Part shown: positions 1 to 15,000 of the stretch, piece by piece
How the letters are laid out: each line of letters starts with the position of its first letter
Numbering within the stretch: the stretch's first letter is position 1
Source of the DNA: Eledone cirrhosa
Lineage: Eukaryota
DNA length: 64,000 nt
Direction: 5' to 3'
NCBI GenBank assembly: GCA_964016885.1
Contig: OZ024740.1
Span: 331,762,001 to 331,826,000 of the forward strand
Program-made: the position numbers and the translations under genes
The notes under the pieces: generated by a model
What the model was told of the DNA's origin: nothing
Databases searched by the model: none
The model's input: only the letters and a program-made list of their open reading frames with translations

Positions 1-4
1 CTAA

Positions 5-218
5 TATTGGTTCCGATTTAGGCACAAGGCCAGCAATATTGGGGTAGGGGAAAGTCGATTAAATCGACCCCAGTGTGTGACTGGTACTTTATTTGATCAA
101 CCCCGTAAGGATGAAAGGCAAAGTTGACCTCGGCGGGATTTGAACTCAGATCATAAAGGGCCGTAACTCTATGCTGCAAAGTATGATGTCCGACGCTCTA
201 CCGATACTGCCAATCCAC
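5..218 (-). mobile_element. tRNA-derived SINE (family A), near full length
   Basis: Reverse complement reads GTGGATTGGCAGTATCGGTAGAG...CTGAGTTCAAATCCCGCCGAGGTCAACTTTGCCTTTCATCCTTACGGGG...AAGTACCAG...GCTGGCCTTGTGCCTAAA. It has Pol III A/B-box-like motifs and recurs many times in the window. Confidence 0.85.
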
Positions 219-467
219 TACTCTGCCCTGGAACTAATATTAATAGATAAAAGACGTGGCGAAATGGAATGACCAGGTCAGCAGTTGTATCACTAATGAA
301 TGAGACAGAGGCTTTAGGGGAAGTTGATACGTACTGCAGTATTGAAAACTGAGAGACAGGGAGACAACAGATAGCTAAATGGGTATAGAGGGAAAAATAG
401 AGGTAGATAGATAGATTGACGGGGAGAGGGAAATAAAGACACAGAGAATCATAACAGTAGTAAACAA

Positions 468-586
<119 letters not shown>

Positions 587-1087
587 ATACATGAAAATAA
601 GCAGTCGATATTTACATTATCTGATTATTTGAACATACAGAACTATTTCGACTGAATGTTGTTTATATCAATTTGTCTGGCTTCCTTACCATTTGTATGT
701 CTCTGTGTATAGTATATTTAACATAACCTAATAAACATAATGAATCACTTTTATGAAAATACGCAAACGCCAAAAATATTTAAGCATCTAGATATACAGT
801 ACAGAACTTGTTAAATTCATTGACAAGATGTAAATTAGCTCGTCGAATACGATTCCGTGTTATAATTATTTCAGGTATTTTACACTACTGAGAAAGGATG
901 AACATTGCATTCTATCAATAATACTTTATTTCTTTTATGTTGCAATATATAATAATTTCATGCATATCATTCAGCGCAAGGATTTTGGATATATCATGCT
1001 CTCTTGAGTTAAAAAGCAACAAATACGAATTCTACAAAACAATTAATACTACTTTCATTGACAAAGTCTGTTACATAAACATTATTA

Positions 1088-1282
1088 GGCGGTGGACTGG
1101 TAGTATCGGTAGAGGGTTGGACGCCATGCTTTGGCGCATAGAGTTACGGCCCTTGCCATTCTGAGTTCAAATCCCGCCGAGGTTAACTTTGCCTTTCATC
1201 CTTACGGGGTCGGTAAAGTAAAATACCAATAATGCACGGGATTAATTGCTGGCCTTGTGCCAAAAGTAGAAACAATTATTAT
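1088..1282 (+). mobile_element. tRNA-derived SINE (family A)
   Basis: GGCGGTGGACTGGTAGTATCGGTAGAG head, GAGTTCAAATCC B-box, central GCCTTTCATCCTTACGGGGTCG..AAATACCA block, ends AGAAACAATTATTAT. Confidence 0.9.
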
Positions 1283-1290
1283 CTCAACTC

Positions 1291-1484
1291 GACGGTGGAT
1301 TTGCAGTATCGGTAGAAGGTCGGACGCCATGATTTGCAACATAGAGTTACGGCCCTATACGGTCTGTGTTCAAATCTCGCCCAGGTTAACTTTGTCTTTC
1401 GTCCTTACGGGGTCGATAAAATAAAGTACCAGTAATGCACCGGGATAATTTCTGGCCTTCTGCCAATTGTAGAAATAATTATTA
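1291..1484 (+). mobile_element. tRNA-derived SINE (family A), second copy head-to-tail with the previous one
   Basis: Same blocks as 1088-1282. Both copies are followed by AATTATTATCTCAA. Confidence 0.88.
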
Positions 1485-2062
1485 TCTCAAGTCGTTCCTT
1501 TCGCTACTAATTCCAAGAGAAATCACTACTTTCAAACGATTAATGAAACACAACAGATTTTACTATTTCAAAAATTCGAAACACTTCCCACAAAAAAACT
1601 GTTTGTTTGTTTTTTTTTACTGTTTAGTCAAGTTTGGGAAGCGCCGAAAAAATAAAAATATATTCTCAAACTTAGTACAAATACCTTCAATACAATGGTC
1701 TCCACTACAGACAACCAAAGAATCGGTTGTGTTTTTAAACCGGGTGATGATTTAAACACGCTATAGACATAAATCCCAACAGGATTTGGATTCAAGCCGT
1801 AAAAAATGCGAGGCATTTCCTCCGATGCTCCACCAAAATCTGTTAATTCATTGCCTTTGTCTTTTACTTTAATATACCAACGACGGAAGTGTAAAAGACA
1901 AAATTGACCACATCAATATTTGTACTCAGAGATCAAAAACCCGTAACAAATACATCAAGACATCTTTTTCCTACTGTTCAACCACGCATTGTATAATCCG
2001 TAAACATTATGAATTATATACATTATGAATTATATGAATTATATACATTATGAGTTATAAGA

Positions 2063-2251
2063 GGACGGTGGATTGGCAGTAACGGTAGAGAGTCGGACGC
2101 AATGTTTTCCAGCATAGTTACGTCATTTTACGGTCTGAGTTCAAATCCCGTCGAGGTTAACTTTGCCTTTCATCCTTACGGGGTCGATAAAATAAAGTAC
2201 CAGTAATACACTGGATAATTGCTGGCCTTGTGCCTAACGTAGAAACAATTA
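2063..2251 (+). mobile_element. tRNA-derived SINE (family A)
   Basis: Same head, B-box and 3' blocks. Flanked by ATTATGAATTATATACA-like short repeats. Confidence 0.9.
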
Positions 2252-5200
2252 TGAATTATATACAGTTTTTTTTTATATCCTAATACTAAGATAATTTTAT
2301 CTTTGCACCTTGGCCAATAAAATATTGACACATGTAGAAAACCTTTCTATTTCTTCGGTGCTTTTATATACTAGGGGTTAGTAAAGTGCAAAAGGTACAT
2401 CAGCCAGGTTTATGTCAATTCAGTTTTCGCTGGTTAAAATTGATAGATATATTGAGTAATACTTTGTAGTTTTGAAAGGAAAGGATGTTTACGCTTCAAT
2501 AATTTATCTATTGAAATACATTTACAGAAAGTTATACGTGCGAATCGGTATACACGATTTACATAAATCCTTGGTTGGTGATGGCTTTATAAGCAGTGTC
2601 TCCATGAAATGTTAAAGAAAGTTCGCTGTAGCGGATGGAATCCCAGCAGGCGAAAGTAACTTGTCCAACATTACTTCGCCATCTACGAATAAAATTTAGA
2701 TGAAAATAGTGTAATAACACCTGCCTCTACAAAGTGTTAAGACGGCTCAATGACAGAAGCACATCGGGTTATATGCTTTGTGACATTTCTTCAAATCGCA
2801 TTGTTTTTCATCTTACGGGATCGATAACGAAAATGCCATTCCACTAATTGTTCTCTAACGTTCGTATATTTTTGTCAAATATGGTAAAAAATGTGTAAAG
2901 TATTAAGACATATTACCAGCAGTGAGAAGCCATTATGTTAAGGTAAAACGAGTGTTTGTAACATATATATATAAACACTGAAATATACGTGAGTAGACGT
3001 AACGGTGATCACCCGTCGTCCCGTCTTTCATTTAACTTATTCGCACACTAACAGACAATTAATATCACGTCTCATACATTTCCATTTTGAACCTGTTTAT
3101 GTGCTTTCAGAAACATTCGTATGCATCTTGTTTAGTTGGTATATGATAATTGAAAGAAAGTCTGCACTAGTCGGTTAAGCAAGTATGGGAGCTGCTGCTA
3201 CCTAAAATAACAAAACAAAATGAGAGCTCTCTTCCTGACACGGATTAGCGATATACATTTTTAGTGTATAATAATCTTTTTTATGGAAGTAAGATTTAAT
3301 CAAAATATACTTTACTAATGCCAGGAAAATATAGTTAATGCACACATCGTCTCACACGAACATAATTTCAGTTATACCCCTGCACAAAGGCACACTCAAC
3401 ATTCTTTTCTAACTTATATAAATTTATACACCTAAGTTATTACATTTGTGGTTTATTTTGTATGCAAACGTTTCAGGATAACATATAAATATGAATGAAT
3501 ATATACATAAATACATAATGCATACATACATAATTGAACACATACGTACATACATATATGAATACATTCACATACATACATATACACACGCACGCAAGCA
3601 TATGTTATAAGTATGAATGCGGGTATATGGGTCTGAATATGATTGTGACTATGTGGTTCTTGTGAGTGTTATAATATCAGTAAGTATATGTGTGCGGGGG
3701 AGGTTACGTAGTAGTAAATAGGTTGTCGTATGCATATGTATGTCTTAATATCTGTGTGAATATGTCAATACAGTCTCCCATAAATTTACATTTCAGTTGT
3801 GAATGCCATGGTGACTAAGCATTTTGAGTTACATATCTTTTATGAATTTCAAACACTTTGCTTCTTTAACATTATTTCTTTTTCATATCCAAAATACAAA
3901 AATTAAATTCAAAATGTGACATTTGCTTTTTGAAAATTCATTTGTTAATCTCCAATATTCAAATTTTTCAGAGTGTATTACCTGTTGTTGGGTTACCAAT
4001 TGTATTCATTTCCAAGGAACAGAATACATGGAAAGTTTTAATATTCATGTATTTTAAGCTATATAGTTCTATGATTTATGAAATCGAAACTGCGTATATA
4101 ATTCTACTCATGCATTTGTTTGCAATGCGTATTTCTAAATTTAAATCGACATCTCCCTTGCATAGTACATATTTACTCCAAAACAAAACAGTGAAAACAC
4201 AATAAAAAAAAGGAATCGAAGTCCATTCTTGTATTTCTCACGATTATCCATTCAAGTTTGAATGTATATGTTCTTGCATTTTACTATAACATATAATTTG
4301 AGATTATTAATTGATTTCCTCACAATTCGTCATTCGAATCATATACGTGGAATAAATATTCATTTGACTGCACGCTTCAAAATCTTGTATGCATATATGT
4401 GTCTATTTGGTGGCGTGCATGGATGCTTGCGCGTGTGTATGTGCGTGGGCATGTGTGGTCGTGCATGCGTGTCTCTATGTGTCCGCATACATATAGTATT
4501 ATTATAAGAGTTGAACATATCAAACCGTTCATTTCACATAATGATAAGCTAATTACGTTTGAAATGATTGAATTTTCATTATGTGGGAAACAAACCTTTC
4601 ACAAAAACACACACATGCATATAGTGCACTGTTTATGTGTGTGTACTTATGTGTGTGAGCGTGTCTGTGTGCTTGTGCATATAAGCTTGCGTGATTCTTT
4701 TTTGTTTAATATTTCTTCTTTTTATAAAGAAGGGTTTCTATCTAACAGAAATGTCTCTAACTTGGAATATAAAGGAAATCTGACACTACAAATATTTTTA
4801 TCATTTTATTCGCGGAATGAACTTGAAAAATATTATTTAGATTTTACAATTCCCCGTCTGACATTTCAAATATTACATTTCCTTACATTACATAGGTACT
4901 TAGTACCACAGTTAATTATGTGTGACATGTGAATGAATCATTGATTAAATTTCTTGCCAAATCCTTCGTATGAAACGGAAACCGTATATTTCTCAGAGAT
5001 AGTGTACAATCCATTGCGTAATATATGCCGTATATAAGCTGAAGTATGCAAACGATTGTGTGTAGAAACATGAATTAATACTGCGGCGTGAGAAGCTAAA
5101 GATTTTCTATTTCTTAATGAGAAATATCCCTTATTGTGCGGTGCACCTCTACAGCTAGAGAGGTAACTTGTCACATATAATATAATGCTTATAATAAAAA

Positions 5201-6595
5201 CATCTTTCGTTTGTCGTGATTTCCAAGTCATATGTTCCTGATGTATGCATGCATATGTATATATATGTATGTTTGCATAATTTTATATATGGACATATAT
5301 ATGTGTGGATTTACGAATGTATATATGTAGTGTCTTGGACGATTCAGTGACGCAGTGGCATATGATATTATCTGATACGGAAACAACGTGAGTGTTATAG
5401 AAAAGATAGAATGATATATTATATAACTTTCCTCTCATCCAATCGATGTCGATCCAAAAAGTAGCAGTTTAGTACTGGAGTTGATTCTCCCTTTATATTT
5501 CTTTCTCACATCCATTCTTTCACTCTCTAATCTTGTCTTGAAGAAATCTGGAGTGAAGATGTTCTCTACCAGGTTGTAAAATACCCTACAAAACGCTGTA
5601 TGTTACTACGGCGTCCTTGCGACTCATTCCTGAGTTACGGGACCATGTGTGCATAAATACAGAGTGAAATTAGCGAATACATCCAGAGAGAGTAAATATG
5701 TTAAAGAAAGCCTTAACAACCCTGCACAGTAAACTAGTGGTTGAAGTGGATACTTCCAATCCATGAAATGAGAGAAAGGAGGTATATGTATGCACAATTT
5801 AGAAGAGAGGCAGATATTTTGAATTAAGAGAGACTTTATTGGTTTGTGATGTAACATACCTGAGAAAATGTTCGACTAAGCACAACATGATTATAATTAA
5901 TGATAAGAGAGAGATGAGATGATAAACGAAGTGATTTCTAAAGATGGCTTACATCACATTAAGGATATTGGAATTATGGTTATTATAGTAAGGGCTGTAA
6001 GATCTGGAAGAGAAAATCTCTTCGAAATAGGACTCATTTTAGATTCTATGAATATATACTGTTATATATCTTTTGTTATGTTTGAATGATGGGAAATTGT
6101 TTCAGGTATCCCCAAGGGGAAGGACAGTAACGTAGAGATAAAAATATTAGAGGCGTTATTGCGTATGCAATATGGAATTGAAATAAATCGTAGAATATGT
6201 GCGTTTGTTAATCGGAGGGCTACGTCGAGACAAAATATGAATGAGCCATGACACGCCGAGGTTTGTACAATCATTATGAGTCGATAATTAGATAAAATAT
6301 TATCGTTTAGGGTAATGCGTTTCTGCGAAAATACCTATTTCAAACTCTATTTCTTTTGACATGGAAATAACTACGATTTTATACGAGAAGAAACGTAATT
6401 ATTAAGATAGAGAATAAGGATATAACTAGCAATGTCTAATTTCCAGACCGGTAGGAGCTAAACCATGCAGTGTCGAGTGGCTCACTCAAACTGCCTGAAA
6501 TGGTATGAAATATATTTTGAATTAATAATCTGTCAGTTAAAAATGAATAAAATGCACATGGGCAGTGGATTACACGAAAGCGCAGCTACCATGTC

Positions 6596-6860
6596 CCATC
6601 TCCATTATCATCATCATAATCATCATACTCATCAACATCATCAGCAGCAGCAGCAGCAACAGCATCAACAGCAACACATTATCACCGTCGTCATCTTCAT
6701 TACCAGATCACAGTATCATGACGCTCATCTAGTTCTTTTTATCATTGCTTAGTCATTACATTATTCACAATGAATATCAACATTACCATTTTTCACAATG
6801 AATGTCAACATTACCATTATTATTATCATCCTCATTATTATTCTATTATTATCATCATCA
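6596..6860. repeat. degenerate (CAT/CAG/ATT)n trinucleotide microsatellite
   Basis: Direct reading; it explains the His/Gln-rich ORF 6465-6752. Confidence 0.85.
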
Positions 6861-8899
6861 ATCACATTGTTATTGATACATCATCTTTTCCCTGGTTCTT
6901 ATTCTGCATCGATGAATGATGTATACACGTGGTATTGAACTGTAATGTTATGTTTGGACCTAATATTCATTTTGAAGAAGCAGACATTATATTTAAGAGG
7001 TAGATAGTTTTGTATATTCAGAAACATATAAGGTAAATCATTCTCAACCTACGTTTTCTTATTAAGTTTTTCAGTATAAGAACCTGTCGTTATTTGAACA
7101 AATTAGTTCCATTCCTAGCGAAGAACACAAATAATCCACATACTAGTTCCATGTCTACGGAATCTAGAACGATAAACACTTGTTCATGAAGATATGTTTC
7201 TGACATTCATGTTAGACAAAAAGAAAAATGTGCCTAAAAGCATAATTAGGCCAACATTCGTTGTGCATATTATGTGTGTTGCTATTTGCTCATAAATCAC
7301 TTTTTTTTACGTTTAACGTAAGTTTTCTGTCAGAAATCACTTCATTACTTGTCATTATATTTAGAAGTTATCGTGTGAAATGTGTGCTCTTCGTTTGTTG
7401 TTGAAGCATATTCTTAAACGTATCAGTTTAACGCGTTCAGTCCAACTATTTACATGCTGAGTTCAAATCTCACCGGAGTTCACATTGCCTGCCATTCCCC
7501 AATAAAATAAACTACATATAAATCATTACAGCAATTAAATAAAGTTATTTTAATCGTCTCCACCAAAAAGGTTTTCTCATGTGACAATGTTAAAAATCAA
7601 TACCTTTAGGGGTCACTATTTAAGTCGAAACATTATTGATTTTACACTTCATCATCCGCTTAATGTTAATTTCTTCTGAATGCTTCTCTCATGAGAATTT
7701 TAGTTGAAAGGAAATATAAAAATTAAAAAGCATATATTATACTCAAGTATAAAATTGAAACTATAAATTTATAATGGCGTCGTAAATTTGGTCTTGAAGA
7801 GAGTTTCATGTCGCATCACAGTTTGGACGTCAACTGCAACTTGAGCATAATAAATCAGACCGTACTCTTCTTTGTAAATATGTACACTGCAGTACAGACG
7901 CTGACAAACATATACATCTTGCTATGGTTCATAGAATATAAATTTTTAAAATTTCAGAAATTGAGACGGTAAAATACCTTTCAACTTCTTTTAATACTTT
8001 TGCAAATATGTTATGACCACATTCTGATGCAATATTTCGACAAATAGAGATGTTTGTAAACAGGTTTGAAATCAATGATTGTTCATTCGTTTAGTGTTAA
8101 AATATTGTTTAATAAATGTTGCTGCGATGACCTTTTTTTTTATTCTTAACTGATTGTACATAATTTTATCGACCCAGCGGGACGATGAAAGTTAAAGTTG
8201 TACGCGGTGAAATGATGAATCAAAATTTAAAAAAAACGTAATATAACGCTACTACCATTTTACCCGGTGTTAAAACAGTCCCACCAATATTTTTTATTCC
8301 TCGTTCAACAATGTTCGAGCAAACATATGATCAAAGATATTCTATGTGAGATTATCTCGTCATTGTTTTCGATAAATAATAAAAAATATGTATTACCTAA
8401 TGTACACTTTTTAAAACAGTCGAGTTTGACATATGGAAGATATCAACTATTTCTAAGAGATCGATTGACAACATAGAAATGTCCTCATTTACTCAGTTTT
8501 CCTTTCATATTCTTCAATATCAGCGTCAATCTTTTCAGCATCATTCTCCAATTCGCCATCGTCAAGTTGAGATTCATTACCAGTATGTGTGTTTCTTCAA
8601 AGGCCAAGTTTCATTTCATATCGTCGATTTCACTTTCGTCATTACCGTATAATGGAGTGATTTATAATTATCAAGACTGGTGTTGGTTGGTATCAGTATT
8701 TCTTTCAGTAATGTAAACAAATGTAAATTATTTCATAAAGAATTACACATTTTGTATAAAGAAATTGTCGCACCCTAAAATACAGTAAATACACATATAT
8801 TAAAACATTCATACAAGACAGAGACAAAATTGAATAAGAGTTTAAATGCTTATTCAATTTTGTTTTTTATTATTATTATTACCTTTGTTAACACAATAT

Positions 8900-9450
8900 A
8901 TAACTAGTTTCCCTGACACAGCCCTCCAACAAGCAGCGGACGACAATTACCGGAAGGCAGTTGGAGTCGAAGGCCGTGAGCCAATGCAATCGGGTAACGT
9001 CGAGCGGCGAGACAAGATTAGCAGAAATCAGCTAATCGGGTCATAACAACAATTAAAAGGCTCGATTGTGGCAAGGCCTATGGTGAAAAAGAATTCGACC
9101 CAAGATGTTAAAGAGCTTAAATAGAGGTGTTCTCTGTCTGATGTGTGTATGGCTGATGGCCTGGAGTTCATGAAAGCATCTAGGAAATAGGAATCTGAAA
9201 TGATTATCCTAATTTTTAAAAGGGACACAAGAGAGGTTTCTCCAATTATAGAAGGATCTTCTCACCAGAAAACTATATGCTAAGTATCCGGCAAATAGAT
9301 CTAGATATATTGTCGAATCCTTGCCAGCTGACGAACAGTGAATTTCTCAGTGCGGACAGCATTCCCTCATCAGAAGAATGGGGTAGGTTCAAAAGCCAAA
9401 TTCGATATCTTCAATTCGGTATTCGTGCCAATCCTCACCTATGATCAGTT
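8900..9450 (+). mobile_element. decayed, internally deleted RTE-type LINE fragment
   Basis: Broken-frame translation gives IKRL..GKA, IRPKMLKSLNR, MIILIFK(K)GD...SNYRRI (pre-RT region) and AKFDIFNSVFVPILTY (post-RT region). Confidence 0.65.
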
Positions 9451-9649
9451 AACTTGTTAATGACCGAAAATCTGCCACACATCGCGCTTCACGATAAAAA
9501 CATTTCCCCATCCTACTGAATTTGACAATGGTGGAATTGACATTGATAACAAGGAATTTATGGAGGGACGTTTTAATGCGTATACTACTATGTTCATAGG
9601 TAGGTAAGCTGCAGTTATACGAATAAAGGAATACTACAACTATATTCTT

Positions 9650-9812
9650 ATCGGTAGGACGCCATGCTTTGCAGCAAAGAGTCACGGCCCTTTATGATCT
9701 GAGTTCCCGCCGAGATTAACTTTGCTTTCATCCTTACGGGTTCGATAAAATAAAGTACCAGTAATACACTGGGATAATTGCTGGCCTTGTGCCAAAAGTA
9801 GAAACAATTATT
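9650..9812 (+). mobile_element. tRNA-derived SINE (family A), 5'-truncated
   Basis: Central and 3' blocks match the other copies. Confidence 0.85.
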
Positions 9813-11959
9813 ACCAAAGTTGAAAACTGAATCGCAAAATATTTATGAATAATCCTTGTATTATCCGAAATACATTTCCTTTTTTACTTCTAGAGGGTTT
9901 CGGTCGAATATGGAAACATAATGAATGATTAGTGTGTAGATTACCAATAGACCACTCACTAAAAATGTCCTAATGTTAAGTAATATTCATATTAGCAACA
10001 TAACTTCAATATGTACATTTTATATTATACACTGTTTACCTAATAAATCAAATATTATGACTTGTGTAATAAGAAAGTCAGCTTTTTATGTTTAGCTACA
10101 AAAAGAAATGTTAATCAATATGAAACATTGATGAGGTTATGTTTTAGTTTAGTCCTATAATGTAATCCGACGATTAAAATGTAAACTTCAATTAGGATGT
10201 GTCCAGAATCATATTATCATGTATGTTTCTTTTTCCAATCTGAAAGAAAGAAAGCATTTCCAGATGGATGATTGCCTTTTAGAGGTTCCCTCATTGGTTA
10301 GAACTAACCAAAGAGCTGAAAGTGTTAATGAACATAGAAATATACTTATTGAAGCTAAGTTAATTGTTGTAGCGAAGCCTTGTAGGCACCGTTGGATTAT
10401 AGGAAGCAATTAATAAAAGAACAACTGTTATACGACTATAAAGTTTGTTCTATTCTTTTATTGAATCGGTCTAGTTATATTAGATATCTCCAAAATAGCA
10501 TTACCGTTGATACGGCGTATAACTTCGTTCCTAAAATGGTGAGGAAATATCATATCAAAGTTTTAATATAATTTAAAGCTGTCGCGGTTGATTTATCCTT
10601 ACAGGAATATTGAATTATTTGAAATGCTTGGAAGTGACATATCCATCGAATATTCCGCGGAATTCAGTGTATTGGCTGAATGGATAGGAAAGCCGAGCTA
10701 CTGATGAAATGTTCATCCTAGTCCATTGGACACTCAGTATCAAGACAAACAATAAAAGAATCAATATGCTGAAAGTCACTTAAATATAGATTTTTGTTTT
10801 GTTTTAAGATTGTTATTGCATTAAGAAACGCTTCCAATATATCAGATGATGCTATCGTTTTGAAGATCCCCTTCGTAACTAACTCCAGAATTATAAATGT
10901 CTACAAATATTTTTTTTTTATCCAATTAACATTGATTCACTTCTAAGTTGATTTGTAATGATAGTAGTCATTCTAGATTTATATTTTACATGTATGTTGT
11001 TTTTCCTGATTCATTTAAAAGATTAAACGAAAAACCTCTTTTGTCTATAAGAAGAAATTCCTTTGAAATTTCTATAGATGAATAATATAAACATAAAACG
11101 TTACCAATTGTTTGCCAATTCCATTCTTGGCAAAGTTCCAAATATTAAGAATCAATGATTATGTTCTTATAAACAGAGAACAATTGGCGACTTTTATACA
11201 GTATTTCATTAGTTAATGTGCCAAGAAAGCTTTTATGTCACATTAGAAAACGTTAATTTTATCAGAAAATTGAAATAAAGATTTCAAGATTTCTTTTTAA
11301 TTTAATCTATCTATATAAAGAACTCATGCGAATTGTCTTTAATCGAATTATGCATTCATTTTATTTCTATATTGCCAGAAACACTGATTACACTAAACAC
11401 TTAGACTTTTTCACAAATGATTTTTACATTAAGTAAATAGATTCAATTGCTGACTTGTTCAAATGGATTTAAAACACATATTTATGTCAGACATGTCTCT
11501 TTCATACGTGAGAATATCTCAAAACAGTTTGGCTTTAGGATACCAATTTACAGTTTTTGTAAAACACAAGTATAAAGATATATTTTCATCAAAGATAATA
11601 TTCTTTGTTATATTTGTTTCTGTTGTTCTTGATTAAACCTATCTGTAGCTCTTGGAAAGGCATGATAGCCATCCAGTCTCCTGCATGTTTCTTCTCTGGA
11701 AAGGAAGTATAAAATATTTACGCTTAGTCCACATATAATTGAAATAGTTCTACTTGCTTTTTTAAAGATATTATGTATACAGTTGTTTATTTTCTATTCT
11801 AACGGAGGGATTATTTTTCTAGTGAATAATTACTTTGAAATATATTGAATTTGTAAAATAAGAGGACATACACAATCATATATTTAGAATTCGTTTTCGA
11901 GGACATAAATTTTATGTGCGAAATAGAGCGATATGATGTACATAAACACTATGCCAATA

Positions 11960-12162
11960 TTGATTTCTAGATTAAGAATTAGATTTATATCTTAGGTGAG
12001 GAGAATAGTTGATTATATCGGCCCGTATACATGAATTTTATCGACCCACGGAAGATGAAAGGTAAACTTTCATTCGGTATGATTTAAAATCAAAATGGCA
12101 AGAACCGGAACACATACTGCAAAACGTTTATCCAACGCTCTAAGGATACTGCGAATCCACTG
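11960..12162 (-). mobile_element. old, diverged SINE related to family A
   Basis: TTTTATCGACCCACGGAAGATGAAAGGTAAACTT and CAACGCTCTAAGGATACTGCGAATCCAC are colinear with the copy at 5-218. Confidence 0.65.
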
Positions 12163-14149
12163 CTTGTTTGATGTTTTGAAGAAAAGTTAATAATCTTTTT
12201 TTAATAATGTTAAAGCAAATGTCAAATAAATTTCATTCCATAAACGCCGGTTGGCAGAATAATTCCATTCTGAAACATAGTATTTGTAATCAGGAATACA
12301 GTGAAAATGTGGCAAGGAATCAATTATCAATAGGAGAATACAATAATATAAACAAAAAAATACGAAAAGACCTCTCCTTTGAAGCCCAGTGGTAGTAGTT
12401 CTTTTTCTATGGAATTAGTGCCTTAAAATATTATGACGGTGTGTGCAGTTTCTAAAATAATTGAATGAAGTTAGGGTGGTTGCGGCACATGTTTGTTTAA
12501 GAGATAATCTGCTTATTCATTCAACAATGTTTTTGTACTCCCTAGATATACAGCATCACATGATCATTGAGCGTTGCTCACAATCATCTCAGATTATTAT
12601 GATCGTGCATCAGTGCACTTGACGTACTTAAAAACACATGTCTCTTAACCGATACAAATTATAATTATACAGCCAAGTTCACATTGTTTACATTACAAAT
12701 TATTTTACGATGTTATTTCCTCTTTATTTGTATCACAGCATACCATAGTCAATCTTTGTGTTAATCTCATTTTCAAATCGCTATTTCCATTTTAATTTAT
12801 AAATTCTCATTTTGAAATCCTTAACCTTAATTTCAATTGGAAAAGCTGCATTTTGAACTATCTTCCAATTTAAAAGTACTGAACTGTAAGATGTCACGCT
12901 TGAAAGTGAATTAATGGATCCAATTTAAGGGCTTGTTAAAGTAACAAGCACCCTATCAATGTATTTTTCAACTGTCCTATTTTATTTATGAGTAATAACA
13001 TTTTCATTTATTTTTTTCATTGATTGCTTATTATTTCTTTGGCTTGTAATAAATATCCATGTAAAAATGATTTTTGTATATTGAAATCATATCCCGTTAA
13101 TTCATTGCAATTTTGTTTTTGATTATGAAAATAACAGTTGTTCAAAAAGTTTCGTAACTTCCTATATATGTTTGGTCAAGAAGGCTATGAAAATCAATAA
13201 GAGCGAGACATATCCTTAACTGCTACGTTTTGACGACTATATTATACTTTATTCTTAAAATTATATAACATTTATCTTGAAAACTGTAAGCAATTGCCGC
13301 AGGGTAATTGTTTGCCTTCCTCCACTCACATGCCACTCATTTCAATTAATTAAGAACTTTAATATGTCATTCGCTACATACTTAGCTAAATTCATACATT
13401 TAGCCCAATTCAGTTATTTCCCTTATTTCATTTTATTTTTCAATATTTACTCTGAAATCGTTTGACAATTTGAATGGATATTACAATATATGCCTAATCA
13501 GGAATTGAAAATATGTTGTCGGCTTCGAATTGCTAAAAACATTAGGCTCGCTCGGTGATTGTAGCCATATTCAATATTTTCAGTAGAAATATTAAAGAAT
13601 CTCTCTGGTAATGTTTCTAAGTAAACCACAAACTAACTACTACTTGAAAACAATGGTTTCTTTCCATTCGACAATATTCAGCAATATTATTATCTCATTA
13701 AATATTCGACTATTCGATGCTAAACTAATTTAAAACAATCATGCTTTGTTCGTGAAAACGATTCATTTGCTCTATTGTTTATATTTAAATTCAGTGAGGA
13801 GGGACAGCGTTGGGTTAACGAGAACGTTACTTAGGACACAGTAAATATTATTGCTTTATTGTAATTATAAATCACCTATTTTCTATTTATGTCTGAAGGT
13901 CAGCGATAATAAGTACGGACAGTGAACACTGAGATTTATAGATACGATGAATCACTCTGCAAACTCACAAACCACAAGCAAATTGTATTGTGTGAGCTGA
14001 TCACGGACGTAATTAACTAACACATTTAAGATGAAATTCTTGTTTACATCTGCATATTTCTTTTAGAATGAACTGTTCAAGGTAAACCCTTTATATATAT
14101 TTTGTCATGCCAAGATATTCATTTATTGAAGGTGTGTCAGAAATAATTA

Positions 14150-15000
14150 AATCTTTAACGGCTATTATTCGGGAGACAATTTGTAACATTATTCTTGAAC
14201 ACCCCCCCAACCAACAGTCGGCAGCAATTCAATTTATATATATTTTTTATGTCAATACCAGCTGTCACCCAATTAAAACAAGGCATATTTCTCCTTCAAA
14301 CAAGTGGACAAATAAGAAATAAATTACTTGGATTGCACATGTACAAAAATATGAAATCATTGATGTATCTAAAGGGATTAAAAAAGTTCAATCTGTTGGG
14401 CAGGACTTGTAGCAAATTGTTCTTGCCAAAACGTTAAAATTTATATTCTTCGCAACAAAATAATCTACACGAATTTGGATTACTATTACATGAATAGTCT
14501 CCTCGAAATCTTCTGTTTCACGTTTGAGAATGTATGACGGATCTAGTCTCGGGGAAATATTGAAACCGACGCCTGAATCATCAAATATACAATTTAGTAA
14601 ATGCCTCCTTGACAGCTAAGTTAGATTAGTATTGAAACTTTACATTTTTGTGTATGAACGAATCATTGATATTAACAACTTGTCACAAATCCATATCAAT
14701 TTTAAATATAGCATTATGCAGAAATCCAACATCTTAGTATATAGTCTTTGTTGATATGTAAATTTAACCTTCTAGGTCAGATCTTACGCTGCATCACTAT
14801 CAATATTAATACAGTCACTTACAAAGAGTAATATTAACTTAAAGTCTAATTTGAATATATAGCTGAAGGTTTTGACTACATCAATAACATACAAACATTG
14901 TCCGATATTTTTATTCAGCAACTGGTCAACCTTATCAGCAAACCTATAATCAAAAGCATTCCACTTTGATCATTATAGAGATATACAGAACATTATTATG
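14150..15000 (-). mobile_element. possible very old L1/Tx1-like LINE RT remnant
   Basis: Only faint motifs on the minus strand (SGMLLII..., F.Y, RRNM). Heavily decayed. Confidence 0.25.

Noticed and set aside
5340-6240. Purine-rich stretch suggestive of an old L1/Tx1 C-terminus (similar hints at 10200-11700 and 20800-21700)
   Set aside because: Too decayed to support by eye; needs a translated profile search.
6465-6752. His/Gln-rich ORF resembling a transcription-factor low-complexity region
   Set aside because: It coincides with a CAT/CAG microsatellite that continues past the stop; no domain or convincing splice context.
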